Program-made: the position numbers and the translations under genes | Part shown: piece by piece, positions 24,899-37,734 of the stretch | How positions within the stretch are numbered: the stretch's first letter is position 1 | Layout of the letters: each line of letters starts with the position of its first letter | The notes under the pieces: model-generated | Database searches by the model: none | Told to the model about the DNA's origin: nothing | The model's input: the letters and a program-made list of their open reading frames with translations, nothing else | Assembly: GCA_023515725.1 (NCBI GenBank) | Contig: JALDTO010000052.1 | Location: 1-41,569, forward strand | Source of the DNA: Amoeboaphelidium protococcarum X5 | Lineage: Eukaryota; Fungi; Aphelidiomycota | Direction of reading: 5' to 3' | DNA length: 41,569 nt

Positions 24899-26743
24899 AT
24901 GAGTACATGTCCACACTTTGATATAATCAGGAATGAAGAGATCTTGAAATCTTATCGTGTGCTGGTACGACTTGCTTAGATTCAATCATCGTATGATCAT
25001 CATGTGGTTGAGGTTGAGAATATAGTTGCTGCAACTTGCTCCGCTTGCGATGAAAATGGTTCTGATACTGGCGACCATTTACACGATCGGCGGTCTATGT
25101 AATCTCTCTATGCGTGCTTATAATGCCTATATATTGGATGTCATGATGCCTCAAATTCTCTCAGCGGTAGCCATAGAAATGCTCACTCCGAGTAGCGAAA
25201 TCATCATATCTTTATTAATCTCGACTATAAAGCCCAGCCGTTCTGCGTCAAGTGTAATGATTATTTCTACGACTGGTAACTACTTTAGATGTACCGCTTG
25301 GAAAGGTTGCGAATTCAGTGTAGCGATCTAGATGTTCATGATTAACACTTATCATTGAAGCCATTATAATCTGTCGCGCATAATAATCACCAAGGACTTC
25401 GAGGATTGAGAAATCTGGGATCTACCTGCTTTTTGAATGTTGTCATTCAAGTTCTCGTGCATAATGTGTTTGTGAGGCGGTGGTTCTTGGCTGATTCCCA
25501 CAATAGAAGAGTATGCTTTGCCCAACTGAGAGGTGTAAATCACTCGTCTTGTACTGCTTGTTAGCTGGATTAGATTATCGCCATTTTTAATATGCGCTCA
25601 TCTTAGATGAAAACGTGTAATTCAGGCGATTTAATTGATAATGCTGGATATAATGCACCGTTCGTGCCGTCTGGGTTTCTGTACAGTACGTGGACCAACT
25701 AGTGGTTATAGTAAGTGGTTGGTGGTCTCAGTTAGTCACCGCAATAAGGCTCTTTAGTTGGGTATTCATAATAAGATGCTCATGAGTTTTTCATATCTCT
25801 ATTGAATATTTTGCATAATGATTAATAGCGTTATCTAAAGCGATTAAGGTCATCATCAACACTTTAATTGACTAATATATCTGTTGATTAAGCATTTTCT
25901 GGGCAGCTTTAAAGTACTATAGAATGTTCATAATGTGGTCATAAAAGCGAAACCACTGATCCTTTTATGGATATATCGCTGGATGTTCGTCCTGTATTTT
26001 CACCTGCAGTTCAAGCACTGGGATAGTAATCAGACGTGAAGGCTCAAAGTATGAAAGTTGCGCGTCCAAAAGGGGCTTTCATCGAGCATAAGATAGCCAT
26101 TGACGCTGCTTTACCCATGTCTGTCGACACTGAATCTGGTAAACAGAAGTAGAAATATGCTGCGTAGACTTTATCTAATGTTCAATCTCCCGTCGAATCC
26201 CATTCATTGCATGAGTGTTTAGATAGATTCACCTCTAAAGAAGATTTGGCTCATATTGATTACAAATGTTCCAAGTGTTCACAGAAAGCTGGTGTGACTA
26301 AGCAGTTACGGTTTGCAAAGCTACCTAATACCTTGGTGTTCCATCTAAAGAGATACAATTCGTCGTACACTATGGGCGCATCTCAGGTGGCCAAAGCCAA
26401 CACATTATTCCAGTATGAATAGTACGATAAGTTGAATATGCTCATTCAGTTTCCGTCTGAAATCAATATGTTCTAGTACACTAAATTGGCTTAATCTGTG
26501 AACTCTCTTCCGACAAAGTACTTAGAGCATTTCAATTATATTTTGTATGCCGTCATTGTGCATCATGGTACACTAAACTCTGGGCATTACATTGTTTACG
26601 TGCGTCACCTTACATCTACAGTGGAATAATGGTTCAGGATTGATGATAGTTTAGTACATGCAGTGGATTGGAATGAAATTGCGTCGTGTCAAGCGTACAT
26701 GCTGTTCTACTCCAAAAAAGATTTTGACTACAGTGATAAATGA
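24899..26743 (+). CDS. UBP8: Ubiquitin C-terminal hydrolase with N-terminal ZnF-UBP (Ubp8/USP22-like; 614 aa)
   Basis: CPH...C..C...ACLQC..GC zinc finger, GLRNLGSTCFLN Cys box, QQDAHEF (TAA TAA), HHGTLNSGHY His box, QAYMLFY. Confidence 0.88.
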
Positions 26744-26801
26744 CAATAGAATTAGAGCATTTTAAGCAAATCTATGACATTTCTTAAACTAGGTCTAATC
26801 A

Positions 26802-27863
26802 TCACTTTCTAATCAATGCGTTAAATATTGCTTTTAGTTTGTCAGCGTGGACCAGTGCTTCAAATATCACAAGGCCGATTGCAGCAACTGCGAATATCGC
26901 AAATCCATCATCTAGTTTTGGCGTTCGCTTAACAGCATCTTTGTTAATGGTCGACAATCTTTTATCGGGTACAGCAGGAGGCACAGACTCAGATTTCAGT
27001 TCAGCATGCTACTCATGAGAAATCGCATCAGTCGACTACTTCAAATCGCGTTGAGGTGCAATATCACCGGCCACTTCTCTAGGAGTCTTGAATGAATCGG
27101 CTTCAGCAGTTGCCGGAGCCTCAGATTTCAAAGTGTCAACCTTCTTTTAAAACACCGGAATGTCCACAATTAGAGATCCAGTTGCATGAGTTTCTCCATT
27201 AACGGATGCAAAAATGCTGTCATTGGACACTGCTGGACTGCCAGAATCAGTAATCTACTTCTTACGCTTGAGTAATAATCGATCACCAAGGCGCCTGATG
27301 GAGAACTTCTTGCGCAGCGTATTAGATCTTGACTCGCTTTAAGTAGGTTCGTGCGAGAACACGGAGTCCACGTCATTGCTACCGTCAACCATTTATTACA
27401 ACATAGTAGTGATACGCAAATCTTCTGCGCTGCTGTCTATACTCTTCAGATATGGCTTGATAGCAAACATCCATTCTTTGGCTTCCTCGAGAGCGTTCAC
27501 TTTGGCAGTCTAAATTCCGAAGATCAAGTTTGGCATTGTGGCATCCAGCGTAACGATGGAAAGGATGATCAATTGATTCGCAGTATCTTCATCAACAGAT
27601 GCAGTATGATACTGGCTGATATCATGACTCTACATCAACTTAGCATTAGACTTGTGGCTCTCAGCTATGGTCAGGATTCCATCTTTGATATCCACATATC
27701 TCTCTACAAAACTCTTCATTACGTCAGGCTTTCTAAAGATCCGTTTCAGGCTCTTTCCGGGGCTTAGATTCTTAGATTTAGCACCAGCACTATCAAAAGA
27801 CAACTGCAGCAGATAGCCTTATTTCCTTAGCTCTGAACCAATTTCTCTGTTATCCTGGTCCAT
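26802..27863 (-). CDS. PH-like domain protein with C-terminal hydrophobic anchor (353 aa)
   Basis: KQGYL...ERYV...EAKEWMFAI PH pattern, low-complexity middle, FAIFAVAAIGLVIF tail; ends TGA TGA. Confidence 0.62.
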
Positions 27864-28269
27864 TTAGATCTTATAATTTTTATGGTTCTGAATTTCGATA
27901 GACTTCAATTGCAGGAGTGCAGTGATGAAGATGGAAAGGCGCCCCTTAGCAACGGCATCAAAACTATAGATTTATGCCAAAGAGTCCAAAACAGAAGGCA
28001 AAGGATAATGCTATGGCACCAGTAATATTGCGTTTCCTCAAGTGTACTACCAAATTTCAATTTCAGTTGAATCCGACAAGGCTACGGTTGTCACTTTAAA
28101 GCAATCACTTCATGTTACAGGCGTGATGTGATCGTTCTTATTGGCTGATGTTCATGACGTTGCACGCTGCGACAGAACATGTTTCAATATTTATCCACCA
28201 TCATTATTTTCTCGTAATTTATAAAGAGATACAAGGTATACTAACATATATTAGATTGCATTAGAATAA

Positions 28270-29538
28270 ATGGGCTGTTTCAAGCGAATATACAAGATAG
28301 TGCCGCGAAAATTCAGGGCGTTTGCAGTGATGTTTTTGACGTTGCTCTGCTTATCCATGTTTGTCATACCTGCTTACTTTCAGTATAGAAGAGAGGGATT
28401 AAAAAATACAGCCACGAAGGCTCAATTTAATATATCAGGCAGTGGATCACTTTGGGGTAAAGATTAGATTTCAGTATACTTGAACGTCATATCGGTGAAT
28501 GTACCAACGCCAGAAATTTAAATGATTGCGCGCGTCGTGCCTGGTGGCATTTACGGCTCCACTGATGAAGATAGAAACTCTGGTTAGCTTGCTGCAGATC
28601 TACCTGGTCCCTTATAACTGGTTATTGGCGAAAATGGTATCTACAATTTCACCGCCGGACAGACAATTCCGGCTCTTAGATTTACCTTACCACTCTTTGA
28701 AGGAGACGTGAATGATTATCCATTTGACGTGTTTCAAGGTGCAGGTTTTATTAAAGCTTAAATTTAGTCACAGCGCATCCCTATTGGTCTGGATGTTGAT
28801 GCTGCAATTCCAAATTGGATAATAGTGCCGTAAATTTAAGTTATGGACTCCACACAAACCGCGCTCTTACGACTTACTGCTGCTCGATCATCCACCAGCA
28901 AAGCTTTTGCCATCTTCATCGTCATCCTTATGTGGCTCTTAAGTCTCTCAGCCTTTGGTGTCGCCGTAGATGCTCTTATCAGAAAACTAGATGTTCATCC
29001 GCCCATTCTGGCATCTGTCATTGGTCTGATTTTTGCACTTCCTTAGCTAAGGCGCGCGATTCCCGGTGTGCCTGAGGTCGGCGTTGGTATTGACATTTTG
29101 GGATTTTTCTGGAATATGGCTATTACTGGTATGGCAGCATTGATGATGATCACCATGTACATCCTCAGATACAAAGATCCGAAGCTGAGTCAAGTTTACT
29201 CTGACATTGAAACTTAAGAAGTATCATATGGCCCGTCGCGATTGAAACACTAATCGTACGCCACATTCATCAGTAAGAATGAAGATACAGATCATTGGGC
29301 TCAGCAGGAAGTTTAGCTATCTAGTAAAATGATGAACAGATCATCTTCGCATTCATCTGAGTCGTCTGCCACAAAAAGAAATTCAGTATCAACCATTGGC
29401 TCCGAGACTTCAGAAGAGATGGTTATTCACTCTGGTACTTCGTCTGTCGCGTCTTCCAATCCAAGCGCGGTCAAGAATGCCAAGTTCACGTTCACCACAC
29501 CCACTGACGAGTACATGAAGAGAATATCTTAGGTATGA
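28270..29538 (+). CDS. DUF4436-family membrane protein (422 aa)
   Basis: YPFD, KAFAIFIVILMW, LIFALPQLRRAIPGVPEVGVGIDILGFFWNM. Confidence 0.8.
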
Positions 29539-29643
29539 AGCTGCTGACGTCTCTCACTATTGATGCCTACTTTTTAAATAAAAATCAATTTTTTTTAATT
29601 ACCTAGTACTAATGTATTGTGCGTTGTTCTGATCGTAAATTAT

Positions 29644-29651
29644 TTTGGCGC
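29644..29651 (+). promoter_or_regulatory. Putative E2F site TTTGGCGC
   Basis: Exact TTTSSCGC match about 52 nt upstream of the TPP1-like ATG. Confidence 0.35.
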
Positions 29652-29702
29652 TTCTCTTTGATTGATAAGTTTCAGGAAAAGTCACTTTTGTACATAACAA
29701 AA

Positions 29703-31449
29703 ATGAGCCATTTGTAACAGTGTAAGAAATGGTTACTTACTCAGATACTATAACATGCTCAACCGGGTAAACTGGTAAATAATTATGGAAAGTCCAGCTT
29801 AAGCGAATAATTTGGCAAGTTGATGGATCCCAACACGACTCCCTACCATTCGCGTGAATTCACCGGCTCTGGATTAGTATGCAAATTGGTCAATCTAACT
29901 CAAGAGGACGCTTATGCTTATGCCACTTGTGTTATTTGTGATAATTCTCATTGTCTGTCTGCAGCTTTGGCTCCAGAACTGATATAGAAGTTGTTGAAAC
30001 AATGGTAAATTTTTGTGGTTAGAGCTACCATACGGATTTGGTTCACATGGATGATCGTGTAGCTCCAAGGAATACGTATCTTCATTGAATAACGCCATTA
30101 TAGCAATTAATAAAGCTTATGCTGCTATACAGAGTAACAATGGTATAAATTCCATTCGACTGCTGGTCCTGGATGGTGACTTTATGCTCATTGACCAACA
30201 TACTGGCGATTCAAGTGACACGCCAGCGCTAGTCTCTGTTTCAAAAACACCAGAAGGAACTCAGTTGCTCTAAAACATATGGTAATTCTATTTTTGCAAC
30301 ATCATTAAATAATTGATATATTGCTTATAATTTATCTCTATTTGTAGTTGTCCCCAACCAAGTAATGCCGATAAAATGAGCGATGCTTTGCTAGTTGAAG
30401 AGTCTGCAGACGCGTTTGATCCTCTTATCGCCTGCTTCACTCAGCCTTTTGATCAGTTGACATCGATCACTAACAACAATAATAATTCAATAGCTGATTC
30501 TGTTACTAATGCCGAAGAATAAACTTAACATCTAAAAAAGAATGTTCATTAAGCATTGGAAGAATTAAGATTTGCTTCCATCGATTGCTTCACTTTGCAA
30601 AGTGTCATGAAGTATTGCAGTAATGTTGATTAGTATCCCCTGGTCGGTCCGCAAGATTTCATCAGACAAGACCAGGATGCTGATTTAAGTCAATCCTCCA
30701 CTTAATAGACATCTTTCTCTAGCTTATCGACAATGAATTTTACTCTACAGGTGCCTAATTTGTAAAGTACTCCCAACAGGATTGATTAACCATCTCAAGA
30801 AGAAGTGCTGAATGCGAGAAATTTGGAATCAAATCTGGACTTTGGATTTGACAAAGATTTCGCGCCTTCAACTGGCCCCGAGATTCAGAGTACTATTGCC
30901 ACGTTGGACGATACAGAGAATGCGATGGATAGTCAATTGACTCACAATAAGTAATAGTAAGATGGTCAGTCGATGATGAACAGTAGTGAGTGTCACAGTC
31001 ACGATAATGCTGCATACATTCCAAACGGTTAAGTTCAAAGATATTCCTTCACCTCGTCATCTCAGACACATCAGTAGTCACCTCTATCTAATAGTGTAGT
31101 TACCAATTCAGTATCTGTATCCGTAGTGGAAGGCAGCTCTCTAATGTCGAACAAATCTAGTCCGCTCATTGATGGTACTCACGTCACTGCATCAAAACGC
31201 CGACGATTGAAGTAGTCTGCGATGCGTACAATTACAATGTCTTAATCTCCAACTACATCCACGTAATAAACATAGATGAATGAAAATATTAACAACAATA
31301 ATAGCTCAGGAACGGTTATAAGTGGCAGCAGTGATGTGGCTATTGAGTATCAATCAGATAATTCAATTCTGCGACACTGTAAGGAAGTTTCGACGCAAAC
31401 TGAACCTCCGCGCTTTGCCGTTCACTTTATCGATCCATCGCTATGGTGA
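29703..31449 (+). CDS. TPP1/Est3-like OB-fold protein with long disordered C-terminus (562 aa; intron 30005-30062)
   Basis: KWLLTQIL...ATCVICDNSHCLSAAL...SLNNAIIAI parallels the TPP1 OB pattern (PWI...VSDGTHS...C). The frame is restored by a GTA..TGTAG intron. Confidence 0.55.
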
Positions 31450-31905
31450 TATCAGTAAGCTATGATCTATAGTTACATGAAATACGCGTGTATTCTCTAC
31501 TATGTTATTATGGTATTTCTCATGCTAGTATAATTGATTTAGATTATGTTTGTTTCAATGAGTTTTATCTGTTCTAGCGACTCTAATGATAATGATGATG
31601 GCGGCGAGTTGAAACACGCGAATCACAGGCGGCCGTTGAACAAGCACGTTTTCTTCTTGTGTTTCGCCGTCGTTGTCGTCTTTGTTGAGTCAAAAAAGAG
31701 AAATCAACAACTTTTCACAATCTGAAAGAATTTCATTCTATTTCAAACAAACACACACACACATTTATAAGTGGGAATTATTACTATTCTACTCTAATAA
31801 ATCTTGATTGAATCCTCCTACATTATCACATTGATATTTACTTGCACAGTTATAGTGCAATAGTAATTCTATACCTTTCTAATATCAAAATAATTGATTT
31901 TTATA

Positions 31906-33813
31906 ATGTCGTTTGAGTGTCTTGAGGAGAGACTAGAGTCGTTTAATAAATGGAAGCTCAAATATCCATCTGCAGATGAATTGGCTCATCATGGCTTTTA
32001 TCATGCTCCATCAGAAAAGAATCCTGACAGAGTGGCTTGCTATGTTTGCAGTGTGACTGTCATGAATTGGCAGTAGAATGATACCCCTCTGGATAGACAT
32101 CGATAAGCTTATTGTGACTGTCCATTAGTCAAGATTTACTCGATGCAATCATTCCCGCTATCGAATGAAGTGAAGAAGGCTCGGCGGTAGACTTTTGGCA
32201 AGTGGTGGCCACATATCAAGCCTTTCCGTGCCATGCCTAGTAAATTGGCAGAGTGCGGCTTCGTCTATGCTCCCACTATGGAATGTCATGATCTGTGTGA
32301 GTGTCTGTACTGTCATATCAAGATTGGTAATTGGAAGGAGGGGGATGATCCTCTGGTGTTGCATAAGTAAAAGAATCCGCAATGTCCATTTCTTTTGGAG
32401 ATGGATGGCTAATCGGTAATGCATGATCAGTATGATAGTGAGATCATCAAATCACCTCGACTGAGACCGAATCGTTCAACTGAGAGTGTTTTTACTAATA
32501 ATAATAATACGAATAACAATAATCATAGTAATAGTAATAATAGTCTTGATGATCTGGACTTTGGCGATGATAACAACGATGATGATGATAATTATAAAGG
32601 CAATAGTAAAAGTAATAATCGGATTTTGTTAGATAAAAAGCCTTCCAATTCGAGTAGTGACACTAAGATTAGAGGTAAGTATAAGCGCAAATAAGATTCC
32701 GTTGAACCATAGTAGAAGTAATAGTAATAAAGTAATGATGAACCACCTAAGCGTAAACGTGGGCGACCCAAGAAGAATCCAGAGTAAGAAGTGGTCGTCA
32801 TTGCAGCTCAGAGTAAGGAAGTGGTCAAGGTTAAAGAATCTGTAATGGAAGTCAAAGACAAAGTAAAGGATAAGAAGAGAAAATCGCCAGAAGTCTCGCT
32901 GTAGAATGAGGCATCATCAAGTGCATCATCATCAGCTGCTGCTGCTGCTCAAGGTATGATGCCTCCCAAGAAGCGGAGATATGGAGCTGATAATCAGCCA
33001 TCGCTCCCTGTTGAAGTTTAAAATTTGAATGCTATTTGGGACAAGTGGAAGTAGTTGAGTCATGAGATGGAAGATGGTATCAAGGCTCTATCGAATTAAT
33101 CTCTCTCCGCCAACTCTGATAACTCTCTGCCAACTCCAACACTGTCTGAGCGGCCTCTTTTTAATAATTCTTATCCTGATATCAAGTCAGACACTATGGT
33201 CGCTAATGGCGTGCAATCTTCATAATCTTCTAGTAAAAGATTAAATATGACAAATGATGGTGTATAGTCTCTTGCCGTGGAAATGAATCTCCAATTATAA
33301 AAGCAATTAGCTGATAAAGAATTTGAATTGAAAATTACAAAGGATGAAGTTTCGTATCTGAAGAAGGAGTTGTAGTCGGCTCTTAATCAATAATTCACTT
33401 AAAATATGAAATATATCGGCGTTTAATACCTTAATGTGGAGTAGCGCAGAAGTTGGTACTAGGGAATTGTGAGGTTGTTCGAAGCGCAGACTGGATTGGG
33501 GGATGATCATGGGATTCCGAGTCTTCGCTCTGTGGGGAATTAAAAGTTTCTCGGATTTGCAGATATTCCATGGCCAGTGTCGCCGTCTCTACTTGCAACC
33601 AATGGAAGGATCTCAGCATCGGCCGTAAGAGATTTCATTCTGTCCGACCTGACTCGTTCAGAATTCTCATCATTTGTTGCCTGGCTTAGGACAAAGTTTG
33701 AAGCTAGCACCACTCTTAGGTGGTTACCGCTGGTATTGGATAAAGATTACAATGTGGTGCTTCAAGAATTGGATCATATGCGAAAAGTATTGAAAGACCT
33801 TGCAATTAGTTGA
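31906..33813 (+). CDS. BIR1/IAP-type protein: two BIR domains + AT-hook + coiled coil + NFKBIL1-like C-terminal domain (635 aa)
   Basis: RLESF..W..LAHHGF..CYVC..W..H..C and a second BIR (CLYC..W..DDP..H...PQCPF); KRGRPKK; FADIPWPV. Confidence 0.85.
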
Positions 33814-34020
33814 TTGCACTTCAGAGTGATGATTTGATTTGATAGAGCCCTTTATATTTGCATCTTGTATGTTTCCATTCAATTGCTTTTGTAAGGTTTT
33901 AAAGTTAACACTAAAAGGAATACTTGACATCTACTGTATTTGACTTCATCATATTCATCGGCAATTTCTACATTCATTACTACCTTTACAAAGGTAGCTT
34001 AAAAGTTTAACCAACATCAC

Positions 34021-34965
34021 TCAAGCCACGTCGCCTTAACCTTTTAGGGGCCTCCTCTCTGGCTCTGTCAATTTGAACCACAACTCCATGGCGGCATCAA
34101 TTGCTGGCAACTTCCACAATCTAGTGCTATGCAGTTGCATTAGACACACATAAGCGAGTAGCCACAAGATTCTGCTGAGTAGACGCGATATCTCCGATGC
34201 CGGATACAGATAGCCATCAATTTGAGGCAGGCCAGAAGATCCTGCCCAAGTGACGATCATTGCCACCACTAGCGCCAAGTCACCCATAATCAGCAGTACC
34301 CACGATAAGCCAGCGTATATAAACAACTTCTTCTCGTGCATTGATAAAGTACCTTCCTGATTACGAATAGTCATGAATAGACGAACGAATACTGCCATTA
34401 TTGCAATATTTTACAAAGGGAGCATGAATAGATCAAAGGTTATCACGGCAGAAACAACATTCACGTTGGGATCCGCTACGGCAGCGTAAAAAGTGAATTG
34501 CAATACTTGTGCAAAGGTATACGCAGCAACAACATATACTATCTTTCTGCTAGCATACAGAGGATGAATATCAAACAATCTGATCCATGAAGAGAATACA
34601 CCAATTACCAGGACTAATAACGTGAATGCATGCTACAGAATCAATCCAACCTGCTAATTTAAATTAAATGGAGCATAATAAGTCGGGGGTGGAGCAGTGG
34701 TAGCATATTATAGCACTGATAGCGTCGGCGACCGGGTCATTGTATCAAATATAAACAGCAGTACAAGACACAGGAATCCCAAACCAAGCACTCCTGTTTG
34801 CGCAACATTATTCTTAACCAGAGATGTAAACTTTTACGCCTTGTACACGTATAATCCAAAGAACATTAGGAGAATCAACGCTGCGAATACGGACACCAGT
34901 GTCAATGGTTACAAGAATCGCTACTAATCAGATGTCGCATCCAGAGAATTTGGCAATTCGCTCAT
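34021..34965 (-). CDS. Orphan seven-transmembrane (GPCR-like topology) protein (314 aa)
   Basis: Single TGA-terminated frame with seven hydrophobic segments counted by eye. Confidence 0.7.
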
Positions 34966-35761
34966 GATATCTTCTAATGATACTTCTACTAAAGTTATGG
35001 TTTAACTATAATAGTGCTGAACTATTAATCAAGGTAAAGAAATTATTATCATGAAAGAGACTATAGATAGAGTCTTCATTTTTCTACTAGCCGCCGTAGT
35101 TAACGCATTGCCTCACTTTGTCTATTTTTAGACCTGCTGTTTCAAAGCTGATCATGATTGATCTATGACACTGCTTGAATATTGAATGAAGACCATATGT
35201 AAATCTTAAGATTAATTATGTATTGGCCTCCTTAGTGGTGGTATAGAAAGATTTTATAAGTTTGGGAGGCATTTAGGTTAAAACTACCTTATGCATACAT
35301 GGAGGAGTGCAATGCAATCAGATGTATTCATCAAGATCTGACACCTACTTTAATCACAAATTTAAGTGGCAAACTAACGCGCGATGAATATAATTCCGAT
35401 CGTGCATCATTAACACAAGTTGATTTAAATAAAAAACAAAATGATATAAATAGTAGATGTTGCCCAACTTATTAGCAGTGTATGGCTGATGATCGTGTAC
35501 CTACGTCATTGTTTGACTGAAAACATGGAACGACTGACCCCGCTTTTAGCTACTCTGCCGTTAACGATCACCAAAGAGGCGAGCAAATTGAAGAATTCTT
35601 CTTGTTCTTCGCCTTCATCACGCTTGTCAGTGCCGAAATTCGTCGTTTTGGGGCAACATTCGAATCGTCATTCTTCGCCGCGTCTGCAGTCAGAAGACTA
35701 AAATTATTATCATCATTGCCCATCTCAGCTGATACAATTAGACTCTGATCAGTCGCGTACG

Positions 35762-37543
35762 ATGCCTGTCCAAGATACAACTGCGGTGCCTCAGCCTAGA
35801 TTTTCTGTAATCGCTGCTAGTTCTGGCTTGGATTTTTCAGAGATTTAGCCTCTGAATAATAATAATAATAAGAGTATTAATTAAATTGTCGGCGGCGATG
35901 ATGACGATTATTGGGAACATGAAGCGGCGAATGAACGTCATTACCGAGCGCTGGTGAAGAAGTTTGACTGGCGAATTTTACCTTTTGTGACACTGATCTA
36001 TTTTTTGGCATTTATTGCGCGTATTAATATTTCTAATATTCATGATGAATTGATCCAGGATGTTGGCATATCGGAGTACTAGTACTCTCTGCTGGCGATG
36101 ATTTTCTTTGTGGGCTACACCATTTTTGAAATCCCTTCCAATTTGGGACTGAAGAGCTTTGGAGCTCGCGCCTGGCTTGGAGCTATGGCTTTAAGTAAGA
36201 TTTATAACTTGTGTAGGTGTTAACTTATATGATTGGCATTGTGATAATGTGTAGTTTGGGGATTACTTTGCGTGTGTTGTATATTTGCGCACAATTTCGC
36301 AGTATGGATTGTGCTGAGATCACTTTTGGGCTCCGTTGAAGCGGGCGTATTTCCAGGTATTTTGTATTATCTCAATTTCTGGTATAGAAGGTAGGAGATG
36401 GGGTTTAGATTTAGTATTTTCTTTACTGCTAGTCTACTCGCTGGTGGATTTGTCGGTCTGTTAGCGTACGTGGTCATCCCATTGACTGATGGATGGATTG
36501 GCCTGGCGGGGTGGTAGTGGCTTTTGATTGTGGAAGGTGTCCCCGGTATGATTGTTGGTATTGCTACATGGTTATACTTGCCATCTAATCCAAGACATGC
36601 CAGCTGGCTGAAGGAGGATGATAAGCGCGTTATTGAAGAAGTTCATCACGGCGAGGAAGGTGATGATCTGTTTTCTAGTAATATCAGTACACAAAATTGC
36701 GATGAAGATGGATATGATGATATTCCTTCTTACCTAGGTACTTCAGTAAATGATCAAAATACTATTGCTGCACCCGTCGATGATAAAGTTAAAAATTCTG
36801 ACCATTTGGAGAGCTAAAAAAAGCCCAAGTTGGAAAAGTCCTCCATCAGAGTATTTCTACGAGCGCTGCGTAACTCCACCCTGTGGATATTTTCACTCAC
36901 CTATTTGTGTATTGGAATTCCAGTGTCTGCTATCAACTTCTTCCTGCCATCCATCATTAAAATGGCCGGATTCCAGTTCTCTACCGCTAATCTGATTACT
37001 ATGCCTATATATGCAGCTGCTGCTCTCGTAACTTTGTGTATATCATTCAGTTCTGACAGACGCGGTGAGCGATGCTGGCACATTATTGCACCTCTTTCAG
37101 TGTCATTTATCGGGTTCACTGGTCTTGCTCTATTTAATCCTGGCACTGGTCTCCTGGTGGTGAAAGATACAGCTCATGCTTTCTCTACGGGATAGAACGT
37201 GCTGTCATTAGGATTTGCCAGTCTGTCTGTTATCGGAGCGTGTCCAGCTATTCCACTCTTCTGCACCTGGTTATCCACTATAATTCCGCGTTCCAAGCCT
37301 ACACTATTAGCAGTGGGTACCGGCATGATGGTTTCTGTTGGATAGTTATCCGGAATCATTGCACCTCAGCTGTACCCAGCACTTGATGCTTTGTATTAGA
37401 AAATCAATGGTTCACAGTGTGATGATGAAAATGCTCAGTGTATGATTTCATCCAATTACTCTTATGCACATCTGGCTGCCGCTGCATGTCTTCTAGTTGC
37501 CATGACTGGAACTTACCTGCTTAAGCGAGCGACTCGATAATGA
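35762..37543 (+). CDS. MFS transporter, anion:cation symporter/allantoate permease family (intron 36195-36254; start could be further upstream)
   Basis: KFDWRILP, FFVGYTIFEIPSN, EAGVFPG..YYLNFWY, GLAGWQWLLIVEG, SDRRGER. The intron contains an in-frame TGA. Confidence 0.9.
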
Positions 37544-37734
37544 TATTACGCCTTAAGATCTGTTTAGTATAAACTAATTTTGTGATTGAACTTTTAAATT
37601 GCTTCTTTGATTTTTTTGGATTGGAGATAGAATATGATGATTACTGTAGCTATAAATGTTGCCAAAATGTTTATTTCATAAGTCAAAACTCATAGTGATA
37701 TCTGTTTGCAATCAAATTGACTTCAATCAACATG

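Noticed and set aside
32490-32735. AAT/GAT/TAR-rich repeats as an array or satellite
   Set aside because: They are coding low-complexity Asn/Asp/Gln tracts, with no CRISPR-like repeat-spacer structure.
9239-33813. Apparent cluster of genome-maintenance genes (RADX-like, POL12, UBP8, TPP1-like, BIR)
   Set aside because: They are interspersed with unrelated genes in a compact genome, with no evidence of functional clustering.
35441-35761. Upstream in-frame extension of the second MFS gene
   Set aside because: The region is CpG-rich like other promoter gaps and its translation has no MFS-like features. ATG 35762 is preferred, though not proven.
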